DNA of 64,000 nt, from NCBI GenBank assembly GCA_964247055.1, contig OZ176053.1, positions 10,912,001 through 10,976,000 of the forward strand, given 5' to 3'. This document shows, in pieces, positions 54,428 through 64,000 of this stretch (its first letter is position 1; each line of letters starts with the position of its first letter). Both the position numbers and the translations under genes were made by a program. Below the pieces are notes generated by a model. It worked only from the letters and a program-made list of their open reading frames with translations. It was not told the DNA's origin and did not search any database. The stretch is from Paragordius varius. Its lineage: Eukaryota; Animalia; Nematomorpha.

Positions 54428-57400
54428 ATGAGCTTGGATGGAAAAACTGAGCAGAATGCAGAATTAACAATAAATAAAAATTTAAGCGTTAAAATTGGGG
54501 AAAGGACATTTTCCAAAGAAGTTGATCGTTTTCGAGGTCTTGTTGATGGTATCGTTTCTATAACATTATAGTATTTACCAATAATATCAGAAATATGGGA
54601 GGTATCAATTCTCCACTTAAAGGAAAGTAATATATAAATTAATATTTTAATATTTATTCTTAAATTTATTCATAGTAATATTTAATTAATATATATATAT
54701 ATATATTCATATTAATATTTGATTAATATATATATAGATGTAGATTAATTTTCATGTTTGCTTAGGTGTTTTATATTATATTTATAGACTTATATCATTC
54801 AAAAATGATTTACGCAATCTTTCAGAATTAGATGATGATGAGTTAGAAAAATGTATGCGACAGGTATATATATAATTATATTATTAGGCTCATGTTGAAA
54901 CACAAAAACTCAAAGAATTAGTTTTACCATTACAAAAAGAAATTTGCCGATTAAAACATATTAATAAATTCCTTCTTAACCTAGTGTACCATTCTGCATC
55001 GGATATTTTAGTTTCAACCCAGGTATTAGTAATTTTATACTTTTTATTGTTATTATAACTATATTCGCTTAATTGTAATTAGAGTACCATCAAAAAGGCA
55101 TTTAGTTCGGGTGATATATCAAAATCTTATACATCAGAAGATATACCAGTTAAACTAATTTCATCAATGTCCAATTTAGAACATTACTTGAATGCAAAAC
55201 GGTAATAAATTTTATAATCTTGAACTAAACTTACTTTACCGTTTAATTGTGTTTATAAAAGTTTTAACATGTCCTCTTGTCTTTTTAATGTAACCCTTTA
55301 TTAACATCATGTTTGTGTATTCAGTTTAGCTATCAGTAATCGCTTTAAACAATTTTTTTTAATAAAATCTCTAGCAAATTCACCATAATTTAATATTGTA
55401 ATAGATCATCTCTCCCTGAAATCTCAATGGCAAATGGTACTACGGAATCATTGAAATCATCACCGTTGTTACAAGTAATATTTTTCCCGCCCAATATTTT
55501 GCGTTTTAACAGTTTTGACTAATGTTATCATAAATTATTTTTTATTTTTATTCATGATAGCTTTTAACACATCCAAAAATAAATTCGGGTCAACAACATT
55601 TATTCAGTCAAATGTATAAACCGCCAAAACGATTTTCTGATCGATCAAAACCGCGAATATTATGGAACCCTGACGTCAAATCCAATGCAACAGTAAAATT
55701 TCAGGCTAAATTATTATGATTAAGAAACTTGAAAATCCTAAATTATTTTTAAGTTGTCCTATAAAAGAATTTTAATATAGGTTTTCATTTGATACACATA
55801 ACAAATTATATTTTAATATAAAACCTAGAGTAATAGATATATTTTTCTTCTTAATTTTTTAATATAATCACCTTTGAATCGAATTGGTTAATTTTGTTTC
55901 ATTATTTGGTCATAACATTCAATTATATAATCAATTAGCATTTAAACTACTGCATTTATAAGCGAGCTCGATTAATTATCAAGAACATAATCCTATTTTA
56001 CAAGATTTTAATTTGAACTACTGCACCCTAACATTAGGATAAATTACCCAACAATGCAAATGGCATTTATGTCGACAAAAATAATAATCTGAATGGTGAC
56101 ATTTCAGCAGAAAGTGATTTTTTGCATCATAAATCATTGAATCAAATTAATTTGCAAGACGAAACCTTATTGAATGAAAAAATTGAACTTGAAACAAAAT
56201 TAAATCTTGAGCAAACTAAATGCCGAGAATTGACGGAAAAATATGAATTGTATGCTGAAAATATACGTGAAAAGGTATAATGTTCACTAATTTATAATCG
56301 CATTTTACAATTTACAATATAACTAATTTATAAACTTTTTTTTAATAATTCTTTTTAATTCTCATTAATTTTTTATTATTATAGTAAAACTGACTAATTT
56401 TATGATATCTCCTAATTTCTTTTTTTATTTTTAGATCACCATCATTAAAACACATTTTTTTCTCCGTTATTTACCACCCCTATGTTATTTTTTTCTCCAG
56501 AAAAATTATTTAATTGCTTTGTGAATTATAATATTTCATATAATTTAGTTAGCCATTCTTATCCAACAAATAAATGCGGGCGAATCGCAACAAAGAACGC
56601 TTCGAGATCACGTTAAACGTGTCAAAGTTAAGCTAGAACAGGAAGTAGAGGAACTAATGGATAGAATGGAGGAAATGCAGAAAAAAGTATGATTTTTTTA
56701 TATATTTGATGTTTTAAATTTAATTGATTTTCGTTTTTTTTATCAAATATATCAAATTGTTAATAATATTATAATTACTTACTTTTTGGCTGCTGGCACA
56801 ATGAATGGTCGTTAAATACTACGTAATTTTGTCATTAAACAGCAATATCAAATATTTAATATTAATTTAGGTAATGCGAAAATTAGCTGATCGTTAATTA
56901 AATTTTTTATTTTGTTTTTTAAGTGTTAAATAGATCCATAATAATTTTTTTTACACTATTAATAATTTTTATAATTCCCATTAACGATTTTGTTTTATAC
57001 GCGTAGATGGTCAAGATTGTGGATGAAAATAACCATTTGTCTGGGAAACACAATATTAAATCACAAAAATTACAACAAAAAATGATTAATTTACCCAACA
57101 ATGTTGAGGTATATGAATGTAAAATAAATTTTGTTTATCATTAAATAATATCACAGTATGGTGTTGGTTTTAATAATACTTTTTAAGGCGACAAAAGTTT
57201 TTCTTTAGATTAAGTTAATCATCTGTGATTCGGTATGATTGCAATTCTAACAAAAAATTATTTTTTATAATTCAATTAATTGTTCTTTAAAAATAAAACA
57301 GGATATTTTTTCTTTTCTGCCGTCTTTTAATATAATCCAATAAACATAAAAGATTTTAATCAATTAATTATCATTAAAAGTTCATTATAGCGGTGTTAAC

Positions 57401-58365
57401 TCTTCAATTTTGGCATTTCATATGTTTTTTATTTAAAGTTTCAACGATAACACTCATTATTTTCAGGTTTAACTGACTGAGAGTTTATTTTTTTCCCACA
57501 CATTTTGAATGGTACTATTAGATTGAGGTTTTTATCATATTTTTATACAATAATTCTTAAATATTTTGCCTTAAATATATTTTTAGGACCTCCAAATTTA
57601 CCTGCTAGAAATGCAAGAAAAGCTGATTGCAGCTCAAATCGGTAAAGAGGTCTGCGAAGAAAAATGCGCTCTCCGTATAGCCCAACTGGAATCCATGCTT
57701 GATAAATACACCACTCATTCCCTAACATCCATCGAATCGAAATCCTCATCCATAGGAGGTTAATAACAAAAATTTTAATATATTGTTATATACCAGGGGT
57801 GTCTCCCGCAAAAATAGCTTCGCAGGCCGCATTCTTAGCTCAAAAATTTCGGCGGGCCGTATTAAAATACACATGGGCATCAAAAAATATTTGATTATTT
57901 TTCTAACATAAGACTGTAATTCGAACATAATATGTCCATTTTTGCTAGTTCATTGACCATCGGATAGACTTATTTTGAAGTTTGGTAAGAAATATCAATG
58001 GCTAAGAATTTGCAAATGGATTTCTATATTTTTTGCGGTTACGTGTCGGGCACTCTTGTTTATAACCATTTTAAAATATTTTTATATGTCTAAAAAGGTT
58101 TTTAATTTGTATGTTATATTGTAAATGTAGAGAGAGTTTATTACTTGTAAAAATATTATATAAAACATTCTGTAGATCTTGTTTTAATTGAATGGTTTTG
58201 ATATATTTATCTTTTTCATTTTCTAAATTTTCAGAAGAACGATCAAGCAAAAACCATACACTACCCATTGATAATGTTTTAGATATGGATGAGTTGGTTG
58301 ATAAAACTTTACCATCCCCTCTCAAACCGGTTCCTTGCACTAATTATACCACAGAGCACAATTGA
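54428..58365 (+). CDS. RABEP1: Rabaptin-5 (RABEP)-like coiled-coil protein, about 495 aa
   Basis: Twelve phase-consistent exons: 54428-54548, 54572-54626, 54788-54863, 54888-55022, 55083-55201, 55405-55474, 55561-55692, 56038-56274, 56549-56686, 57007-57108, 57587-57758, 58235-58365. LEKCMRQAHVETQKLKELVLPLQKEICRLK and LSGKH...INLPNNVEDLQIYLLEMQEKLIAAQIGKE resemble Rabaptin segments. Confidence 0.75.
57794..58058. mobile_element. hAT-type MITE in the last Rabaptin intron
   Basis: Ends CAGGGGTGTCTC...gggcactcttg. Confidence 0.6.
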
Positions 58366-59058
58366 TTGATATATTAAACAGTTTTTATTATATACACATT
58401 TACCTATTCCTGGAATCATGATTAATAAATTATTATTTGAGCTAAAATGAGGTACTTTTTGTGTTGCGCGCAGTTTTTTGGTATATAAAAAGTACGCATA
58501 GAGAAAAATCCGTTTTCTTATATCAGCTTATGTTTGTATTATTATTATAATACTTTGTAAGATCAAAATTTTATGCCAATAATATAAATTTATTATTATA
58601 ATAAAAATTTATTATATCATTATACAAAATTTAATTTTCAAAACATGATAATTGATACAACTTTAATGATTGTGTGAGATACCGATGGACAAGGAAGACT
58701 AGAAAATAATTTTTATCAATGTGTGGGTGTCTGTATGTTTCAGGCGAGAATAATGTGTAATAATACTTGCTTGTAAAATGTATGATGGTATTAAATACCC
58801 AGTGTGCATAAAAAGTAATTGATTGATTGATTCAAGTATTGTATTGAGATAATGGCAGGATGTAATGCAAATTTTTTATGGATTTAGTATAATTGAGTAG
58901 AATAAAGTAATGGTTGAATGATTACAAAAATATATAAATTATTATGAATAAATTCTATAATAATAATAATATACTATATTAAGAATTTATGTCCTATGGA
59001 ATATAAGGCAAAAATATTTTAAATCTCAATATCCATCATTTCCCCTCTAATAAAAAGG

Positions 59059-62000
59059 CTATGGAATATATAATTTAACAACATCTTTAACATGCTCCCG
59101 ACAAATTGGACAAAGACCCAAAATGGTCGATTTTTCATTAGTTACACAATCTTTTGAAGTACTATTATTGTTGTTTTCTGGATCGGGATCAAAAGAATCC
59201 TCAAAAGATAATTGATTAATGCGCTGAGTAATGGTGGGGTCAGTTAAGTAGTTTTGAGAGTTATGCTCATCATTTAATGCACCATCGTTGAGTTTTGCAA
59301 TTTTTGCCGTTTGAAAAGCTTTCCAAGATATATGAGCACATGTATTACACATACACGCATGACCACATGGATATAACATAATATTTATATCATTCTCATA
59401 ACAAACTATACATTCTCTATCATTTATATTTATACTATCATTCGTTGCGGACAATGTTGACAATTCAGATTCCTTACTAATGTTAGGGGGGCAGTCATGT
59501 TGAGTTTTTTGTTTCAATGTACCATAATCACCGTTTTTACCTAAATTGATATAGTGCGTGCCGGTGGGGTCATTGCTTTTTGCATTGTGTGGTGCTTGCT
59601 TAGTGTGATGATAGATATTGGCATTATATTGATCAAATCGCTCACGTTCAGATGATGTACAACTACTGTGTGTAGAATTTAACGATAAAGTCGATACTGT
59701 ATTAGTTGACAGGGCGGTAGGTAGTGGTTTTGTTGTAGCCTGTTTCAGCTATAAAAATTTATGATATAATATGTGAAAATTCAAATGTTGTTATTTTCAA
59801 TGATTATTCTAAAAGTTAAAATGGGTGTGAATAATGGACAAAATAAATGGGAAAAAATATATATAAAATTACGAAAAAGCTAATTAAAAATAATCAAATC
59901 AAGTCTCTACATACTTTATTTTTTGAAGATGCCATATTTTCCAATCCATTTACAATATTAAAACTTCCATTGACATAATTTGAATTTGATGCTATGATTT
60001 GATTATTTAAGAGTGATTTCACACAGGAGGTGCTAGCTCCATTTTCAGTTGGGGGAGATAATTCATAAATTTGTGAAGGGATGAGAAATGATAAATCATC
60101 AGATTGGATATTTTTATTCAAATTGGTAATGACTTTTGTATCAACATTATTATTTGTTTGACTGTGGTGTTTATTGTTAGTTAAATCAATACTATAATAG
60201 GTATGGCCTGTAAAGTTATAATTAGTTAGTTTTATGCAGTAAATATCACATAAATAAATTAGGATATTAAATGTAACTATTTGATAATAAAAGCAGTCAT
60301 AATTAAAAATTAATTACAACTTTTTAATAAAAAAAGGAATTTATTCTGAAAAGAAAATTAATGATATTTTTGTTACAAATGATTCTAACGTAAAGTAAAT
60401 AAATTAAAAACGCCCACGAAATATAAAGCATATGTTTAAACAAAGATGCATGTATAATATTTAAAAGCGAAAAAAATAAATTTTAAATGTAATAAAAACC
60501 TTGATTATTTGGATTTATTTGATTGCGAATAATAGGTAGCGCTCTATTATTTGATCTATAAAAAGTTAAAAAAATGTTAAAAAACATAACTTCCAACAAT
60601 ATGCAGTATAATTATTAAAAATACCCAATATTCGAAGATTCTATTGCCAACGTTTCATGTATCGGTCCATTGATTTCAGTAGTGTTTTGTTGTGAATTGA
60701 TATTATTATGATTATTATTATGATTCCTTTCATTCATAAGGCTAATTATTTGATGCGAATTGGATGATTCAACATTATTATTTTCTTCATCATTTGTCTC
60801 ATTACGCTGTTGTTTTTGGAGATGGAGTTGCATAAGATCAAGGATTACGTGATAAGATCCTAGGAATGTAAATTTCGGAATAAAATGTTTAATTATACCT
60901 ACTAAATTTAATTATATTTTAAATTTAGACAAATTAAGTTTAATAATTCAATAATTTAAATTACAATTTGAAAATATAAAAATATCATATTTATGAGTGT
61001 AAGGTAAAAATTTAGGTATATTGTTGTTGTTTATAATTTGACATATATTAACTTTAATATTTCTACCATATTTAATTAATGTAAAACAAAATAAGATACC
61101 TAAAATGGTAATTTTTTCAACGCACCCATAAAGATCCCAAAAAGCCCATAGCTCTTGAGATGGATCAATGTAATAATCTGAACCAATCATGGTCCCATTC
61201 ATTTCTACTATGATTTGACCTAAAATAAAAGATTTTTACAAAAGATTGGTAAACTTAAAAAGGTACCCCTTAAAAATTATTTACCGTTATTATCATAATA
61301 CATGGCTATTTCATCGCCCGTATCTAGACTATTAGTTGCTGAATTAGGGATCGAATCCTTCAAAACAACCCAATATTCATCTCGGTCCATAAGGGAAGAG
61401 CTATCATCGGGTAACCTATAGCAAATTCAATATATATATATATATATAAAACCTTACAAACTTTAATCAGTTTATGATAAGAATGGCAGTGAAGAAATAA
61501 GTGATTTGTGAAAAATTTTGTTTAACAGATTATTGAATTATACCCATCTAAATAAAATCAAACTAATTTACATAGCAAAAAAATATAATTTTCTTACTTT
61601 TGTCCATGTAGTGTTGTGGGATTACATGAAGTGTATCCCAATCCCAAAGTCCCAACATACGTAGGATCTATGCTATCAATCCTTATTATAACTTTTTCAT
61701 TGGTGCCGATCGGACGTGAAGTAAAGACATAAGCATTACAAAATTCGTGGGGCCTTCGAATGGCTTGTGTGAATTGGTATAAAATATCATTATTTTGGTC
61801 GGGTGAACATTTCTTTTTGAACTGGGAAGTAGCACTATAAAATTTTTTAGGAGTGGATAACATTTATAACTTCAAATTATAAAAAGGGCCAAATCTTGTG
61901 ATTAGCATCGGTAACTTATGAGACATATAAAAGGCAAGAAAAAATTTAGAACTTATCCCGAAATATATCATATTTATAATTTATTTATATTTCAAGGTGT

Positions 62001-64000
62001 TTTGAGGCGCTTGTTTAAGCGACACGTGCCTTTGTATACAACTAATGACTTGACAGATTATTAGAAAATTGACCCTCGCTTTTAGCGCATTTTTATGGCC
62101 CAATTAAACCGCGTGGATGTGGCAATAGGACTTTGTTGGACTTATGACTTAATATGAATCCAATATATTGAAAATATTTATGTATATTCGAAACAACTTA
62201 CACCGCAAACTTTAATTTGCAAAACCTATGTAAACACCTTATGTAAATCTAACATTTTGGCAATTATTCGATAACACAAAGTTCTCCTCTCACCTTTTAA
62301 ACGATGAATGATGGTTCAATGCGTTTGCCGCTGATAAACTATTAAGAATTCGAAACAGTCTAGATTCTTCCAGACCATTCCCTTCATGGCAAGTAATTTC
62401 ATCATTATCAACATCATCATGAGAATTTTGAGTCATAAAATCATGGTTTAGTGCATTTTGAGTGGAATTCGACATGATAGTTAGAGCGGGTGTTGTTTCA
62501 TTAAATGCAATACTTACGTTTCGCCCTCGACCCAATGAATGAAAAGGCAGGGCTATAAATTGTGTCGGGTGAGCCGAATCATACGCATGTCTATAATGAA
62601 TGGAGAGCGGTTCACTCGCCACAAACTTATATTGATGGAGTTTGTGCGCTCTAATAAGTGCTTTGTATGGATCATGAAACATATCGGCATTTCGATCGGA
62701 GGAGGAGGTTGAGTTAGGTAAATCATCTGCCATGGATGATTCGATTGATTTACTGTTTAAGGTGAGGGTAAATTTTTAAAAAAGGAATAAAGAAATGCAT
62801 ATAATTTGATATCAATCAATTGAACACTAAAACTTTTGAGTTAGTTCAATTGAAGATATTAAAATGTGTCCAAGAGTTAACTGTAAAAATTAACCGATTA
62901 TATCCTCATTGGATAATTATAAAAAATTCAATTATGGAAATGGCATAATTATTTATATTTTTGATTTATATTCTGATAATGTTACATAATATTCAATAAT
63001 AATGATTTAATAAAACAAAAAATACAAAATAAAAATTTTGGGGATCATGTTCAATTACTTACTTAAAACATGATAATTATACTATGCACAAATTATTTAA
63101 TAAAGATAAAATATTTCGTTTAAAAAAATGTGGAAAATTAAATGTTTAGCAATTATATGCTGAATATTTTTTCGTACAAAATTAAATTTACAAAAAATAG
63201 TAAATTTTAATAACTAATAACTATATAAAACAATACACAGTAACCTTCGGTGGCCGCCTAAACGGCGGGCTGCATTCATAATATATATAGCCTAATTAAT
63301 ATTTTAATAGATTTTATGCATAAAATTGTAAAATGCAAACACAATATAACATTTTTTCTAGTTCATTTCCAATCATACAAACTAATTCAGAAAAATTGTT
63401 TAAAAAATATCAGTTTTATTTAAATTTTATGAGTATATTTATGCAAATTATGGATTATCAAATTTTCGCGAGCCACACATAAGGTCTCAAGGGCCGCGTA
63501 TTAGACACCCCTTTTCCCTTTTTTATATTATGAAGGGTAAAGAATGTAAAATATATTAAGACTTGTTAAAGATTTAACACTCACCTGCCCAGGGGTGAAC
63601 ACAGTGTAAGAGTCTGGCACCCTACCTTACCATATTGTCACGCCTTTCTTATATTTATATAAATGACGTATTTTGATCTGTACGATACATTTTCATATAA
63701 TAAAAAATTCTTAGTAAATAAAAACCTTTGTTTTTTGGAATAATCTGTTAGACCTTTGGAAAATCCAAACATATTGCTGTTAAAAATTAGTTGAAATTCA
63801 CAAAATGCTATAAACATTAAAAACAATTATTACGAATTAATTTTATGGCAACAGTATTTCCATATAAATCAAACATTGGCCATAATTTAGAAGATAATTC
63901 ACCATTTTTTCCCAGGTTTACAAGTAGATTCGTAATTAATGTGTCTTTGAATTGACCATTAATCGCTAGGCTTATTCTACCATTTGGATTTATAAATAAG
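59059..64000 (-). CDS. neur: Neuralized E3 ubiquitin ligase (end of NHR1, NHR2, RING); 5' end lies beyond the window
   Basis: Exons 64000-63834 (NHR1 end: LWPMFDLYGNTVAIKLI), about 62752-62294 (LPFHSLGRGRNV; junction to the previous exon unresolved), 61834-61598 (EFCNAYVFTSRP...GYTSCNP), 61415-61285 (LPDDS..LMDRDEYWVV), 61219-61100 (LWAFWDLYG), 60859-60625, 60555-60500, 60207-59915 and 59748-59059 (RING: CIVC...PCGHACMC..C...CPICR). Confidence 0.93.
63240..63515. mobile_element. hAT-type MITE in a neuralized intron
   Basis: Right end gggccgcgtattagacacccct matches the local MITE family; left end degenerate. Confidence 0.5.

Noticed and set aside
59059-62733. Neuralized with only one NHR domain, starting at ATG 62733
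   Set aside because: An exon encoding the end of NHR1 is present at 63834-64000, so the gene extends beyond the window.

Overview
Very AT-rich, intron-containing animal (invertebrate-like) genomic DNA; not prokaryotic. I assembled five recognisable spliced genes by hand with consistent GT-AG phases: an SLC4 Na-coupled bicarbonate transporter (minus, 5' part only, runs off the left edge), a C1QTNF12/adipolin-like C1q gene (plus), eIF4E (minus), a truncated Rabaptin-5-like gene (plus) and neuralized (minus, 5' end off the right edge). There is also one phase-consistent orphan gene (minus) and one weak candidate gene. The intergenic space and long introns hold a full-length decayed RTE LINE with a 14-bp TSD, an RTE fragment, hAT and Tc1/mariner remnants, four non-autonomous Helitrons, TTAA-flanked piggyBac-like MITEs, hAT MITEs and a group of TATA-flanked foldback elements. 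The most striking observation is five 23-27 nt introns clustered around a 74-bp head-to-head eIF4E/Rabaptin junction. Family assignments come from remembered motifs, not database searches.
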